DNA of 64,000 bases from an actinobacterium SCGC AAA028-A23 (GCA_000378905.1 KB900551.1:2026-66025), one strand, 5' to 3'. Shown: positions 21,066-32,853, counted from the first letter of the stretch. Notes: generated by a model not told the origin, from the letters alone. Made by a program: numbers and translations.

Positions 21066-24000
21066 AGATCAATCGATAAAGAGTGTATTAGTTATCGGAA
21101 GTGGGCCGATAGTTATTGGTCAAGCATGCGAGTTTGATTATTCCGGAACTCAAGCTTGTCGAGTACTGCGTGCAGAGGGTATTCGTGTGATCTTGATAAA
21201 TTCAAACCCAGCAACAATCATGACTGATCCAGAGTTTGCAGATGCAACCTATATTGAACCAATTACACCAGATGTAATTGAGAAGATTCTTGCGAAAGAA
21301 AAACCAGATGCTGTTTTGGCAACTCTTGGCGGTCAAACTGCTTTAAATGCTGCCATGGCTTTGCATGAGCGAGGATCTTTTGAAAAATTTGGGACAAAAC
21401 TGATTGGAGCTGATGTTGGCGCAATTAAGCGTGGTGAAGATAGAGAAGTATTCAAGAAAATTGTAGAAAAAATTGGTGGTCAATCGGCAAAATCAAGAAT
21501 CTGTCATTCGATGCAAGATTGTTTGAATGCAGTCATTGAATTGAAGTATCCAGTAGTTGTAAGACCTTCTTTCACAATGGGCGGGCTTGGATCTGGTATT
21601 GCATACAACGAGACAGATCTTCAACTAATTGCTGGCGCAGGACTTAGACATAGTCCCACCACTGAAGTTTTGCTAGAAGAATCAATTATTGGTTGGAAAG
21701 AGTATGAACTTGAGGTAATGCGCGATAACAAAGACAATGTTGTGATTGTTTGCAGTATCGAAAATGTTGATCCAATGGGAGTTCACACTGGCGATTCAAT
21801 AACAGTTGCACCATCTATGACCCTGACAGATGTTGAATACCAAAAACTTCGAGATCTTTCGATCGACATAATAAGAGAGGTTGGAGTCGCAACCGGCGGC
21901 TGCAATATTCAATTTGCCGTTAATCCTATTGATGGTCGAATCATTGTGATTGAGATGAACCCTAGAGTTTCCAGGTCTTCAGCGCTTGCTTCCAAAGCAA
22001 CGGGTTTTCCTATTGCCAAGATAGCTACAAAACTTGCAATTGGTTACACATTGGATGAGATTGAAAATGATATTACGAAATCTACGCCAGCCTCTTTCGA
22101 GCCCTCCTTAGATTATGTTGTTGTTAAGGTCCCAAGATTTGCTTTTGAAAAATTTCCTGAGGCTGATATTCGCTTAACTACCACTATGAAAAGTGTTGGT
22201 GAATCAATGGCAATTGGTAGGAGTTTTCCTGAAGCATTACAAAAAGCACTTCGCTCACTTGAAAAGAATGGTTCAAATTTCTCTTGGCAACAAGCAGATC
22301 TTCAAACCTTGAAGGCTCAAATTGGCACTCCTACAGAGTTTCGACTTCAACAGGTTCAGTCGGCAATGCATAATGGAGCATCAGTTGAAGATGTTTATCA
22401 GATAACAAAAATAGATCGTTGGTTTTTAGAGCAGATTCATCTAATAAATGATCAAGCGACGGTTATTAAAAACTCAGGTGAGCTCACTAAGGATTTAATC
22501 AAAACCAGTAAAATGATGGGTTTTTCTGACCATCAAATAGCTCAATTAAGGGCCAGTAACGAATTAGACATTCGAAATTTAAGGCATAGTTTGAATCTTC
22601 ATCCTGTGTATAAAACGGTTGATACTTGTGCCGGGGAATTTGCAGCTCTAACTCCTTATTATTACTCAGCTTATGATGATGAAACAGAGGTTTTGGCTCG
22701 TTCAAAACCTGCCGTAATTATTTTAGGAAGTGGTCCCAACCGTATAGGTCAAGGTATTGAGTTTGATTATTCATGCGTGCATGCATCTTTTGCTTTGAAG
22801 GAAGCCGGTTTTGAAACAATTATGATTAATTGTAATCCTGAAACAGTTTCTACAGATTACGACACCTCCGATCGTTTGTATTTTGAACCATTAACACTTG
22901 AGGATGTGTTGGAAGTTATTCGCGCTGAAACTGCAGCAGGCCCGGTAGTAGGAGTAATTGCCCAACTTGGTGGTCAAACCCCACTCGGTTTAGCCCGTGG
23001 ATTAATGGAAGCCGGAGTAAAAATTCTAGGCACCTCTCCAGATGCAATTGATTTGGCTGAAGAACGTGGAGCATTTGGTGAAATTCTACGAAACAACAAC
23101 CTAGCTGCTCCAAATTTCGGAATGGCAAACTCATATGAAGAATCCTGTGAAATTGCTAATCGAATTGGTTACCCAGTTTTAGTTCGCCCATCCTATGTTT
23201 TAGGTGGCAGAGGAATGGAAATTGTTTACGATGAAGAGTCCTTGAGAGGATTCATTGAAAAAGCCACGGCAATCACGCCAAATCACCCTGTTTTGATTGA
23301 TAAATTCTTAGATGATGCTATCGAGGTTGATGTAGATGCCCTTTATGACGGAGAACAATTTTATTTGGCGGGTGTTATGGAGCATATTGAAGAGGCTGGT
23401 GTTCATTCAGGAGACTCTGCATGTGTACTTCCGAGCACCTCATTGTCTACCCAGATGCTTTCAGAGATAAGAAGTGCTACTGAGAAAATAGCTAAAGATG
23501 TTGGTGTTAAAGGTTTAATAAATATTCAATTTGCTGTTAGTGGTCAACCAAGCAAACTTTATGTGTTAGAGGCTAACCCAAGAGCGTCAAGAACCGTTCC
23601 ATTTGTAGCTAAAGCTACGGGAATTGCTTTGGCCAAGAATGCAGCATTAATTGCCACGGGCTCTAAAATTGAACAATTACGCAAGGATGGAATGCTTCCT
23701 GCATCAGGTGATGGAAAGCCAAATGGTGTATCAGTTAAGGAAGCAGTATTGCCATTTAATAGATTTAGAAGAATTGATGGAACTGGGGTTGATTCGGTGC
23801 TGGGCCCTGAAATGAAATCAACTGGTGAAGTTATGGGAATTGCTGATAATTTTGGATTGGCATTTGCAAAGAGTCAGACTGCTGCCTTTGGACCATTGCC
23901 TAAATCTGGCTCTGTATTCATTTCATTATCAAATAGAGATAAAGAAGTAGGATGGCAATCTGCTCGAGGTTTACATCAAATGGGATTCAAGATTTACAGC

Positions 24001-24309
24001 ACCGCCGGAACACATAATTTCTTAAGTGAAAAGGGGGTGCCATCGGAATTAGTAAGAAAGAACTCCGATCCTGATACCGGCCAATTATCTGCTAGTGAGG
24101 TAATTACCAAAGGGTTAGTTCAATTGGTGATCAATACACCTTTAGGCAGAGGATCCCGTCAAGATGGATTCATGATTCGTACAGCTGCAGTTTCACGATC
24201 AGTTTCATGTATCACAACAATTCCTGGGTTTAAGGCAGCTGTAGCTGGTATCTCAGCTTTGCAGAATAGCGATTTTGAGATTAAATCATTACAGGAGTGG
24301 ATGAAGTGA
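21058..24309 (+). CDS. carB: Carbamoyl-phosphate synthase large subunit
   Basis: Start placed at ATG 21058 ([18 protein letters not shown]); two ATP-grasp halves, [13 protein letters not shown] domain. Confidence 0.98.
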   Translation: MPKDQSIKSVLVIGSGPIVIGQACEFDYSGTQACRVLRAEGIRVILINSNPATIMTDPEFADATYIEPITPDVIEKILAKEKPDAVLATLGGQTALNAAMALHERGSFEKFGTKLIGADVGAIKRGEDREVFKKIVEKIGGQSAKSRICHSMQDCLNAVIELKYPVVVRPSFTMGGLGSGIAYNETDLQLIAGAGLRHSPTTEVLLEESIIGWKEYELEVMRDNKDNVVIVCSIENVDPMGVHTGDSITVAPSMTLTDVEYQKLRDLSIDIIREVGVATGGCNIQFAVNPIDGRIIVIEMNPRVSRSSALASKATGFPIAKIATKLAIGYTLDEIENDITKSTPASFEPSLDYVVVKVPRFAFEKFPEADIRLTTTMKSVGESMAIGRSFPEALQKALRSLEKNGSNFSWQQADLQTLKAQIGTPTEFRLQQVQSAMHNGASVEDVYQITKIDRWFLEQIHLINDQATVIKNSGELTKDLIKTSKMMGFSDHQIAQLRASNELDIRNLRHSLNLHPVYKTVDTCAGEFAALTPYYYSAYDDETEVLARSKPAVIILGSGPNRIGQGIEFDYSCVHASFALKEAGFETIMINCNPETVSTDYDTSDRLYFEPLTLEDVLEVIRAETAAGPVVGVIAQLGGQTPLGLARGLMEAGVKILGTSPDAIDLAEERGAFGEILRNNNLAAPNFGMANSYEESCEIANRIGYPVLVRPSYVLGGRGMEIVYDEESLRGFIEKATAITPNHPVLIDKFLDDAIEVDVDALYDGEQFYLAGVMEHIEEAGVHSGDSACVLPSTSLSTQMLSEIRSATEKIAKDVGVKGLINIQFAVSGQPSKLYVLEANPRASRTVPFVAKATGIALAKNAALIATGSKIEQLRKDGMLPASGDGKPNGVSVKEAVLPFNRFRRIDGTGVDSVLGPEMKSTGEVMGIADNFGLAFAKSQTAAFGPLPKSGSVFISLSNRDKEVGWQSARGLHQMGFKIYSTAGTHNFLSEKGVPSELVRKNSDPDTGQLSASEVITKGLVQLVINTPLGRGSRQDGFMIRTAAVSRSVSCITTIPGFKAAVAGISALQNSDFEIKSLQEWMK

Positions 24310-25154
24310 TAACTCCGCAGAAAATTAATAAAAATGCAGCTCAGATTAAATCAGAGGTTTTGAGCAATAAAAAAGTTGGCCCTTATCATCATATGGTCTT
24401 TGCAGTGGGCGAGATGGCAGCGCATAGTAAACCTGGCAACTTTGTGGCAATTTCAGTAGGTGGAGAACAATCCGCATTAATTTTAAGAAGAGCTTTTGCT
24501 GTGTACCGTGCAATTGATAAGGGCCCAATGGGTGGGACGATTGAATTAGTAGTTGCCCCGCATGGTCAGGGAAGTAAATGGTTGTGTGCACAAAATGTTG
24601 GAGAGTATGTGGATTTGATTGGCCCATTAGGAACTTCTTTCGGAATTCCAACAACCAATGCAAACACAATGTTGATTGGCGGAGGATATGGATCCGCTCC
24701 ACTATTTGCTTTAGCCGAAGTTCTTAAGAATCGTGGTTGTAGGGTAGATATGGTTTTAGGAGCAAGTACAGCAAATAAAATTTATGCTCCGCTTGAAGGC
24801 AAAAGAAGTGTTTCCTCTCTTACTCTGACAACCGATGATGGCACTGCTGGCATTCACGGGCAAATAAGTGAGGCAATACCAAGGTTGATTCGGGAATTAG
24901 GAACAGAGGTTATTTACTCCTGTGGACCAATGGGAATGCTTTCGGCGATTGCCAAAATTGCTGAAGAGTTTGATATTGCTCACCAATGCGCAGTGGAAGA
25001 GGCGATGGCATGTGGGATTGGTGTTTGCATGACCTGTGTTGTGCCGGTTAAATTCAACGATGGTATAAAAATGGTGAGAACTTGTATTGATGGCCCAGTA
25101 ATGGATGGATCTGAGATTATTTGGGATCGAAAAACAGTTTTGGACAAGTTATAA
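24306..25154 (+). CDS. pyrK: Dihydroorotate dehydrogenase electron-transfer subunit
   Basis: [28 protein letters not shown]...CIDGPV 2Fe-2S motif. GTG start overlapping the carB stop is inferred. Confidence 0.93.
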   Translation: MITPQKINKNAAQIKSEVLSNKKVGPYHHMVFAVGEMAAHSKPGNFVAISVGGEQSALILRRAFAVYRAIDKGPMGGTIELVVAPHGQGSKWLCAQNVGEYVDLIGPLGTSFGIPTTNANTMLIGGGYGSAPLFALAEVLKNRGCRVDMVLGASTANKIYAPLEGKRSVSSLTLTTDDGTAGIHGQISEAIPRLIRELGTEVIYSCGPMGMLSAIAKIAEEFDIAHQCAVEEAMACGIGVCMTCVVPVKFNDGIKMVRTCIDGPVMDGSEIIWDRKTVLDKL

Positions 25155-26087
25155 ATGAGCGCTCTAGATTTTTCCACCAAAATCGGTAGCAAACGCTTTT
25201 CCAACCCTATTTTTACAGCAAGTGGATGCGCTAGTTCAGGCCAAGAGTTGTCACAGTTTTTTCCATTAACTGAGCTTGGCGCAGTAGTAACAAAATCAAT
25301 TATGACAAAAGCTAGAGCTGGTAGAGCCACTCCCAGGATGGCAGAGACGCCAAGTGGAATGTTGAATTCCATCGGGTTGCAAGGTCCAGGTATTGATACC
25401 TTCTTAGAGAACGACATACCTTGGCTGATAGAAAATAATGCAAAGATTGTAGTTTCGATTGCTGGAGAAACTGTTGAGGAGTATGGAGTCTTGGCAAGGC
25501 GGTTACGAGCAGTTTCAGGAATTAGTGCGGTTGAGGTAAATATCTCATGCCCAAATGTTGAAAATCGTGGGCAGGTTTTTTCATGCCATCCAGATACCTC
25601 AACAGCTGTAATCGAATCAGTAAGGCGAAATATTGGTGGGGAGTTACCAATCATCGCCAAGCTTTCACCAGATGTTACAGACATTGTTGCAATTGCTAAG
25701 GCGGTTATAGATGCCGGAGTTGATGGATTAGCTTTGATTAATACTTTGCTAGGAATGGTAATAGATACTAATTCTATGAAACCTAAACTAGCTGGTAAAA
25801 CTGGTGGGTTATCTGGTCCGGCAATACGACCAGTTGCAGTTCGAGCGATTTATCAAGTTCATCAAGCTTTTCCAAATATTCCAATTATTGGAATGGGTGG
25901 AGTTGCTACTGGTCGAGATGCATTTGAGCTAGTACTTGCTGGGGCAAGCGCTGTTTCCATTGGTACTGCAAGTTTTGGAAATCCAACAGCAGCATTGCAA
26001 GTAAAAAATGAATTGGCTGATCTATTAACCCAAAAGGGCTTTAAAGATTTTCGTGATGCAATTGGTTTTGCCCATAGGAGCGTATAG
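25155..26087 (+). CDS. pyrD: Dihydroorotate dehydrogenase, family 1B catalytic subunit
   Basis: TASG, LNSIGLQ, EVNISCPN, KLSP, GGLSGPAI. Confidence 0.96.
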   Translation: MSALDFSTKIGSKRFSNPIFTASGCASSGQELSQFFPLTELGAVVTKSIMTKARAGRATPRMAETPSGMLNSIGLQGPGIDTFLENDIPWLIENNAKIVVSIAGETVEEYGVLARRLRAVSGISAVEVNISCPNVENRGQVFSCHPDTSTAVIESVRRNIGGELPIIAKLSPDVTDIVAIAKAVIDAGVDGLALINTLLGMVIDTNSMKPKLAGKTGGLSGPAIRPVAVRAIYQVHQAFPNIPIIGMGGVATGRDAFELVLAGASAVSIGTASFGNPTAALQVKNELADLLTQKGFKDFRDAIGFAHRSV

Positions 26088-26089
26088 AT

Positions 26090-26779
26090 ATGCTTCCAGT
26101 AATTCTTGCCCTGGATACCAAAGATCTGGATTTAGCCAGTAAATGGATTAAAAGCTCAGCTGATCAGATTGATCATTTTAAAGTCGGATTAGAGTTCTAT
26201 CTATTACATGGTTTTGAGGGTATAAAAAAACTGCAACAGGCAGCTGACTTTAAACTCTTCCTAGATCTTAAATTGTATGACATCCCAAATACCGTTAAAG
26301 GTGCTGTTGAGTCGGTATCAGTTCTAAATCCAAAATTCTTAACTGTTCATGCCTCTGGCGGGCCAAAAATGATTCAATCAGCAAGTAAAGCCTTACCAAA
26401 TGGATTGATAACGGCAGTAACAGTGCTTACCTCTTTCTCTGAAGATGAGTTTTCAAAACTTGGAAATTCACAATCAATTCAACAGACTACTAATAATTGG
26501 GCATCTAGTGCGGTAGATGCTGGAGCTAAGGCGTTGGTATGTTCACCATTTGAAGTGTCACAGCTACGATCATTGGGATTAAAATCAATATTTATAACAC
26601 CAGGAGTTCGAGTAGAAGGTGATGAACTTTCTGATCAAGTACGGGTGATGACACCAAAAAATGCCATCAGTGCTGGTGCAGATTTTGTAGTGATTGGGCG
26701 ATCAATCACAGGTCAATGGGATGGGTCAGATTTAAAAATGCGTAAGAAGATAGAATTAATATCTAATAGTTTGGATTAG
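26090..26779 (+). CDS. pyrF: Orotidine-5'-phosphate decarboxylase
   Basis: LALD, FKVG, FLDLKLYDIPNTV, TVHASGG, TPGVR, VIGRSI. Confidence 0.97.
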   Translation: MLPVILALDTKDLDLASKWIKSSADQIDHFKVGLEFYLLHGFEGIKKLQQAADFKLFLDLKLYDIPNTVKGAVESVSVLNPKFLTVHASGGPKMIQSASKALPNGLITAVTVLTSFSEDEFSKLGNSQSIQQTTNNWASSAVDAGAKALVCSPFEVSQLRSLGLKSIFITPGVRVEGDELSDQVRVMTPKNAISAGADFVVIGRSITGQWDGSDLKMRKKIELISNSLD

Positions 26780-26781
26780 TA

Positions 26782-27648
26782 ATGCTGCCTCCAAGATTAA
26801 GTGATAGATCCCGGCGTAAGGCTGGGCGTTCTGCTGTGAGAGCAAGGCAGGAAAGATCTGAAGTAAAAGCTAAAGTTGCTTCAGGTCAGATCTATCTCTT
26901 TGACTTATTTGGTGACGAACGCGATTCAATCAAACGAATGAAACTTGCAGACCTACTTCAAGCGGTGCCGGGAATTGGATCCAAGAGGGCTGAATTAATC
27001 ATGGCCAGATCTGAAATCTCAAAGTCCCGTAGACTAGGGGGAGTTGGCAGAAGACAGATTGAGGCATTAAGGCAGGAGTTTTTGTTAATGAAAAACGCTC
27101 CACGTGAAGGCAAACTTTTGGTTGTTTCAGGCCCGAGCGGAGTTGGAAAAAGTACGATTACCAATAAATTAAGAGGCGATGAACGCTTCTGGATTTCAGT
27201 TTCTGCTACTACACGCGAAATGCGTAAAGGTGAAAAAGATGGAATTGATTATCATTTTGTTTCTAACGCCATATTTGATGAAATGGTTTCAACTAATGCT
27301 TTTTTAGAATGGGCAAGTTTCGCAGGTGCTAGATATGGCACGCCTCGTTTGGCCGTCGAACAAGCTCTGAGTAAAGGTTTGAATGTAATTCTTGAGATAG
27401 AGCTTGATGGTGCTAGACAAGTACGAAAGAATTCCAAGGATGCATTACTAGTTTTTATTGAACCTCCGTCTTGGGAGGAATTAACTACTCGTCTAATAAA
27501 GAGGGGTACTGAGTCAGAACAATCAACACAGGCACGCTTGATTAGGGCAAAAGAGGAACTTTCGGCCGCTGCTGAGTTTGATCATGTCCTGATAAATCAC
27601 CAAGTGGATCAATCAGTCTCAGAACTGGTATCTTTAGCCCTTCGCTAG
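26782..27648 (+). CDS. gmk: Fusion of actinobacterial integration host factor (mIHF/sIHF, aa about 1-100) and guanylate kinase
   Basis: N-terminal ARQERSEVK...MKLADLLQAVPGIG...ISKSRRLGGVG..Q..AL..EF resembles mIHF (S13-like H2TH). C-terminal GPSGVGKST, SVSATTR, YGT, LEIE. No stop codon between the two parts. Confidence 0.92.
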   Translation: MLPPRLSDRSRRKAGRSAVRARQERSEVKAKVASGQIYLFDLFGDERDSIKRMKLADLLQAVPGIGSKRAELIMARSEISKSRRLGGVGRRQIEALRQEFLLMKNAPREGKLLVVSGPSGVGKSTITNKLRGDERFWISVSATTREMRKGEKDGIDYHFVSNAIFDEMVSTNAFLEWASFAGARYGTPRLAVEQALSKGLNVILEIELDGARQVRKNSKDALLVFIEPPSWEELTTRLIKRGTESEQSTQARLIRAKEELSAAAEFDHVLINHQVDQSVSELVSLALR

Positions 27649-27675
27649 TCGGAGTATCCAATAAAGGGGCAATTT

Positions 27676-27954
27676 ATGACCAACCAAGCATTAGACGGAA
27701 TAACTAATCCACCGATCGACGCTTTACTTGAAAAAGCTGGATCAAAATATAGTTTGGTTCTATATGCCGCAAAGCGTGCACGCCAGATCAATGCCTACTA
27801 CTCACAACTTGGTGAAGGTTTACTTGAGTACGTTGGACCTTTGGTAGAAACTTATGTTCATGAAAAACCTTTGTCTATCGCACTTCGCGAGATTAATGAG
27901 GGTTTGTTAACTATTGAGAATTTAGAACCAAAGCAAACAACTTCAGCGAGCTAA
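27676..27954 (+). CDS. rpoZ: RNA polymerase omega subunit
   Basis: [10 protein letters not shown]...[15 protein letters not shown]...[10 protein letters not shown]. Confidence 0.97.
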   Translation: MTNQALDGITNPPIDALLEKAGSKYSLVLYAAKRARQINAYYSQLGEGLLEYVGPLVETYVHEKPLSIALREINEGLLTIENLEPKQTTSAS

Positions 27955-27963
27955 TTTAAAACC

Positions 27964-29163
27964 ATGTTTCCCCGTGGTCGAAAGTTGTTACTGGGTGTTT
28001 CAGGTGGAATCTCAGCATATAAATCATGTGAGTTGCTAAGACGCTTGCAAGATCAAGGCTTCATAGTGGATGTAGTTCCAACTGCAGCGAGTTTAAATTT
28101 CGTAGGTAAGGCAACTTGGGAAGCACTTTCTGGACGTAAAGTTATTACCGACCTATGGTCTGATGTTGAATCCGTGCCACATATTTCTATGGCAAAGGAA
28201 AATGACTTGATTTTAATTGCACCTACTACTGCAGATTTACTAGCAAAACTTGCCTCAGGCAGGGCAGATGATTTACTAACCAATATTGTGCTTGCTTCAA
28301 ATGCACCAAAGATTATAGTTCCTGCGATGCACCCGGAGATGTGGCTAAATCCTGCAACTAGTGCAAATGTTTCGATCCTAAGAGATCGCGGATTTGTTGT
28401 TATCGAGCCAGATCAGGGTCGAATGACAGGATTGGATGTTGGTGTTGGAAGATACCCTGACTTAAGCAAAATCTTTAGTGAAATTCAGGCAAAACTTCAA
28501 AATAACTCAGACTTAGCTGGTCGAAGAATTATTGTTACCGCAGGAGGAACCCGCGAACCAATTGATCCAGTTAGATATATTGGAAATAGATCCTCTGGTA
28601 AACAAGGCTTCGCACTTGCATTAGCCGCGGCAACTCGAGGAGCTAATGTGCATTTAATTTCAGCTAATGCTGATCTGCCCGAAATCGATGGGGTAGAGGT
28701 TACCAAAATTGAAACTGCAACTGAATTGTTATCAGTACTTGAAGCGGAGTTTCCTAAGTGCGATGCGTTAATAATGAGTGCTGCCGTAGCTGATGCGAGG
28801 GTTAGTAACTATTCTCAAAATAAAATTAAAAAGAACGATTTTGAAACGATGGATTTAACAAAGAATCCAGATATCCTGGCACGTATTGCTGAGATTAAGA
28901 AAAGTGGACAAATTGTTGTAGGTTTTGCTGCCGAAACAGATTCCAAGTCAGAAAACTTGGTTAAATTAGGAACTGAGAAATTAAGAAGCAAATCTCTGGA
29001 TTTAATGTATGTGAATAATGTAACTGATGGGGCTATTTTTGGAAGTGATTCGACTCAAGGTGTAATCATCGATTCAAATGAAAAAAATATAGATATTCCA
29101 GAAATTAGTAAGGACACGCTTTCAGATATCTTGCTGGATCAGTTAGTTAGTAAGTTAGGTTAG
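27964..29163 (+). CDS. coaBC: Phosphopantothenoylcysteine decarboxylase/ligase
   Basis: [48 protein letters not shown]. Confidence 0.97.
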   Translation: MFPRGRKLLLGVSGGISAYKSCELLRRLQDQGFIVDVVPTAASLNFVGKATWEALSGRKVITDLWSDVESVPHISMAKENDLILIAPTTADLLAKLASGRADDLLTNIVLASNAPKIIVPAMHPEMWLNPATSANVSILRDRGFVVIEPDQGRMTGLDVGVGRYPDLSKIFSEIQAKLQNNSDLAGRRIIVTAGGTREPIDPVRYIGNRSSGKQGFALALAAATRGANVHLISANADLPEIDGVEVTKIETATELLSVLEAEFPKCDALIMSAAVADARVSNYSQNKIKKNDFETMDLTKNPDILARIAEIKKSGQIVVGFAAETDSKSENLVKLGTEKLRSKSLDLMYVNNVTDGAIFGSDSTQGVIIDSNEKNIDIPEISKDTLSDILLDQLVSKLG

Positions 29164-29167
29164 GCCA

Positions 29168-30358
29168 ATGAGTAATCGACTATTTACCTCTGAATCTGTT
29201 ACAGAAGGACATCCAGATAAAATCGCAGATCAGATTTCTGATGCAATTCTTGATTCTCTGCTAGCGCAAGATACTAAAAGTAGGGTTGCAGTCGAAACTT
29301 TAATTACAACTGGACAGGTACATGTGGCTGGAGAAGTCACTACAAATGGATATGCAGATGTTATGAACATCGTTAGGGACACTGTTTTAGAAATAGGTTA
29401 TGACTCATCTGACAAAGGTTTTGACGGCAACAGCTGTGGAGTTTCAATTTCAATTGGGCAGCAATCTCAGGATATTGCTCAAGGCATAGACGATGCTTTT
29501 GAAAGTCGTGTTTCTTCATCCTCTGATCCACTTGATCTTCAAGGTGCAGGTGACCAAGGTTTAATGTTTGGATATGCGGCTAACGACACTCCAGAATTAA
29601 TGCCGCTACCAATATCTTTAGCACACAAATTAGCTCAACGTCTTACCAAAGTTAGAAAAGATGGAACCTTGTCTTACTTAAGACCAGATGGAAAAACTCA
29701 AGTCACAATCGAGTATGAAGGTGATAAGCCGGTAGCACTCAATACTGTAGTTATCTCGTCTCAACATGCTGAAAATGTTGATTTAGAAAAACAACTTGCA
29801 CCTGAAATTAAAAAGTATGTAATTGATCCAATAATGAAAGAACTAGCAATTGATACATCCAAGGTGAAGGTTTTAATTAATCCAACGGGTCGATTTGTTA
29901 TTGGTGGCCCTATGGGCGATGCTGGATTAACTGGTAGAAAAATAATTGTGGACACCTATGGTGGAATGGCAAGACATGGTGGAGGTGCCTTCTCTGGTAA
30001 AGATCCATCTAAAGTAGATAGATCTGCGGCGTATGCCATGAGATGGGTTGCTAAAAACGTTGTTGCTGCAGGTCTTGCAGATCGTTGTGAAGTTCAAGTG
30101 GCTTATGCCATTGGTAAAGCTCAGCCGGTTGGATTATTCATTGAAACTTTTGGAACTGAAAAATTCGATGTGAATGCCATTAGTAAAGCGGTTAAGGAAG
30201 TTTTTGATTTACGCCCAGCTGCAATTATTTGCGATCTGAATTTACTCCGCCCTATCTACTCCAAAACTGCTGCTTATGGACATTTTGGCAGAGAATTGCC
30301 GGACTTCACTTGGGAAAAAACTGATCGAGCTGCCTCACTTAAATCTCTCGTAAAGTAA
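29168..30358 (+). CDS. metK: S-adenosylmethionine synthetase
   Basis: [28 protein letters not shown]. Confidence 0.99.
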   Translation: MSNRLFTSESVTEGHPDKIADQISDAILDSLLAQDTKSRVAVETLITTGQVHVAGEVTTNGYADVMNIVRDTVLEIGYDSSDKGFDGNSCGVSISIGQQSQDIAQGIDDAFESRVSSSSDPLDLQGAGDQGLMFGYAANDTPELMPLPISLAHKLAQRLTKVRKDGTLSYLRPDGKTQVTIEYEGDKPVALNTVVISSQHAENVDLEKQLAPEIKKYVIDPIMKELAIDTSKVKVLINPTGRFVIGGPMGDAGLTGRKIIVDTYGGMARHGGGAFSGKDPSKVDRSAAYAMRWVAKNVVAAGLADRCEVQVAYAIGKAQPVGLFIETFGTEKFDVNAISKAVKEVFDLRPAAIICDLNLLRPIYSKTAAYGHFGRELPDFTWEKTDRAASLKSLVK

Positions 30359-30361
30359 ATC

Positions 30362-32260
30362 GTGGCCGCTCCACTTAAATTAAAGCGACAGGTTTCTGCA
30401 ACATCTAAACCAAAAAACCTAGCGTCAGTTTCCAAGCTTCCCATAGCCTCAGTCTTAGTTGATACTCCAGTGTCTCACCTTGAGGGAATCTATGATTATT
30501 GGATCCCTTCCAAAATTGATAAATTGGTTACGATTGGTACGAAGGTTATTGTCCCTTTTGGTAATGTAAATGCGGATGGATTGGTGATAAATCGAACTCT
30601 TAACCAATCAAATGATGGAAAACTAAAAGAGATTATTGATGTTACATCTTTGAGTTCAATGGTTAGTGCACAAATGCTTGAACATATCGAAATGGTTCGA
30701 AATCGATTCGGCGGTAGTTTTTGGAGTCTTTTAAAACAATCAATTCCTAAAAGGGTTGTTAAAGTAGAAAAAATGAAGACAGAATTAGATTCTCAAACTT
30801 ATAACCATGCGAATGATAATTTGCAAGATCTTATTGGAAGAGCTGATTTTGGAATGCTTAATTCAAACAAAAGATTGAAATGGGCAGTTAATCTACCTAT
30901 TGCTACAGATTCCGCATTGTTTGTTGCGAAAATAGTTCTTGCCCGGGCTCAATTTAATCAAGTTTTACTATTGGTTCCTGATGATAAAGATATTAGGTTG
31001 ATCAAAAGACAGATAGATCAAATATCAAAAGTGGATGTTTTGGAGTTGAGCTCTAACCTTGATTCATCGACTAGATATCGGAATTTTCTGCAAACTTGTT
31101 TTGGTGCACCAAAAATAATAATAGCGAACAGAAGTGGTGCATTTACTAACCTTAAATCTGATTCCACGGTTATTGTGTTGAACGATCTAGATGCATCCCA
31201 TTATGAACAACATTCACCAGGCTGGAACTCACGTGATGTGACATTATTGCGAGATAAGAACACCTCATTTATTTTCGTCTCTGCATCACATTCACTTGAG
31301 ATAGCAAGACTCATAGATGTTGGTTGGTTGGAACAAAAGATTTACAAATCAAAATCTGAGATTAGTATTGTCGCTAGTGATAGCAATCGTAGCTTTTTAT
31401 CCACTATTAAAAAATCTTTATCTTCAGGTAGTGTTCTTGTAACAGTAAGTGAAAAAGGATATGCAAATGTTTTCCTTTGTTCAAAATGCAGGAATTCGGC
31501 AAAATGTGATTGCGGAGGAAAGCTTCAGATCAAATCTTCAAATTCTCAACCCGAATGTTATTTATGTAGTAAAAAAGTTTCTGATTGGCACTGTCTTTAT
31601 TGCGGAGACACGCGGCCATATGTAATAAGCAAAGGTATAGATCGCAACGCTGAAGAGATTGGTAAAGCCAATCCAAATATTCCAATTTATACTTCCTCAG
31701 GCACTAAACAGATTGAAGATTTACCAGAAGGTCACTGTATTGTGCTTTCAACAGCTGGATCAGAACCAAATGGTGAATACTCAGCTGTTGTGATGTTGGA
31801 TGGCGAAAATATATTTAATCGTCCAACACTAAGAGCTGAAGAAATCGCACGGCTTAATTGGTTCTCAAATTTATCGAGATTATCGTCAAAATCTGAAGTT
31901 TTTGTATCGTTGTCTAATAATCACCCTGTGGTTCAAAGCATGTTGAAGGGGAGTTCCTCCTATAGCGTTAAACGAGAATTAGAAAATAGAGAAGCTGCAA
32001 AATTGCCTCCTTATTACCGGGTGGCAAGTGTTTCCGGAAGCAAAGCTGATATTTCGAAATTTGTACATAACTTAATAGCTACAAAAAAATATGAAATTAC
32101 CGGTCCTGTCGAAATGAATCATCTCGAGAGTAAGTTATTGATAAGAGTTGAATCCTCAGGTGGTTCTGATTTAGTTGATCTCTTGGATGATGTGGTGAAA
32201 ATCCAGGGTATAAAGGGCAAGAAGATATTTAGGGTTAGATTAGACCCTTATGATCTTTAA
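30362..32260 (+). CDS. priA: Primosomal protein N' (PriA), degenerate helicase core
   Basis: N-terminal YDY...V.VPFG domain; Cys cluster CSKC-CDC-CYLC-CLYC; LPPY; RVRLDP C-terminus; metK-priA-def-fmt synteny. Confidence 0.88.
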   Translation: MAAPLKLKRQVSATSKPKNLASVSKLPIASVLVDTPVSHLEGIYDYWIPSKIDKLVTIGTKVIVPFGNVNADGLVINRTLNQSNDGKLKEIIDVTSLSSMVSAQMLEHIEMVRNRFGGSFWSLLKQSIPKRVVKVEKMKTELDSQTYNHANDNLQDLIGRADFGMLNSNKRLKWAVNLPIATDSALFVAKIVLARAQFNQVLLLVPDDKDIRLIKRQIDQISKVDVLELSSNLDSSTRYRNFLQTCFGAPKIIIANRSGAFTNLKSDSTVIVLNDLDASHYEQHSPGWNSRDVTLLRDKNTSFIFVSASHSLEIARLIDVGWLEQKIYKSKSEISIVASDSNRSFLSTIKKSLSSGSVLVTVSEKGYANVFLCSKCRNSAKCDCGGKLQIKSSNSQPECYLCSKKVSDWHCLYCGDTRPYVISKGIDRNAEEIGKANPNIPIYTSSGTKQIEDLPEGHCIVLSTAGSEPNGEYSAVVMLDGENIFNRPTLRAEEIARLNWFSNLSRLSSKSEVFVSLSNNHPVVQSMLKGSSSYSVKRELENREAAKLPPYYRVASVSGSKADISKFVHNLIATKKYEITGPVEMNHLESKLLIRVESSGGSDLVDLLDDVVKIQGIKGKKIFRVRLDPYDL

Positions 32261-32288
32261 TGATCCGTCTTTAAAGTATCATTGACTC

Positions 32289-32849
32289 ATGGCTATTCAA
32301 CCAATTCGTTTATTTGGCGATCCTGTACTTGTTACGCCCGCTGCGCTGGTAACTGATTTTGATAAAGAGATCCGACAGTTAGTGGCTGATTTGATGGAGA
32401 CTATGCATGATGCTCCAGGAGCAGGATTAGCAGCACCTCAAATAGGTGTGCCGCTTAGAGTTTTTGTCTGGGATATCAATGATGAAACTGGGCATTTAAT
32501 TAACCCAACGTTGGACTTAAGTGCTGAAATGCAAGATGGGGAAGAAGGATGCTTATCCTTTCCAGAATTGGTTTATGAAACTCCAAGAGCGTTTAAGGCT
32601 GTTGCTAAGGGGTTCAATATGCACGGAGAACCAGTAACTATTGAAGGAACAGAGTTGTTAGCTAGGTGTTTACAACATGAAACAGATCATTTGAATGGAG
32701 TTTTGTTTATTGATCGAATGAAATCTGATCAACGCAAGTTAGCAATGAAGGAAATTAGAGAATCTGAATGGTTTTCGGCAGCTAGCAGTTCAGGTTTAAA
32801 CCCCCAAATCAAGATTTCTCCACACAACACTCGCGGTTTAGGTCTTTAA
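32289..32849 (+). CDS. def: Peptide deformylase
   Basis: GLAAPQIG, EGCLS, QHETDHLNG. Confidence 0.98.
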   Translation: MAIQPIRLFGDPVLVTPAALVTDFDKEIRQLVADLMETMHDAPGAGLAAPQIGVPLRVFVWDINDETGHLINPTLDLSAEMQDGEEGCLSFPELVYETPRAFKAVAKGFNMHGEPVTIEGTELLARCLQHETDHLNGVLFIDRMKSDQRKLAMKEIRESEWFSAASSSGLNPQIKISPHNTRGLGL

Positions 32850-32853
32850 AAAC

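Noticed and set aside
24980-25684. 234-aa antisense ORF across pyrK/pyrD, and the many 60-150 aa nested or antisense ORFs in the track
   Set aside because: All overlap well-supported genes, with no recognisable domains or initiation signals.
27637-27670. GCCCTT...AAGGGGC pairing that could cover the rpoZ SD
   Set aside because: A short stem with a long loop that could easily arise by chance; unsupported without comparative data.
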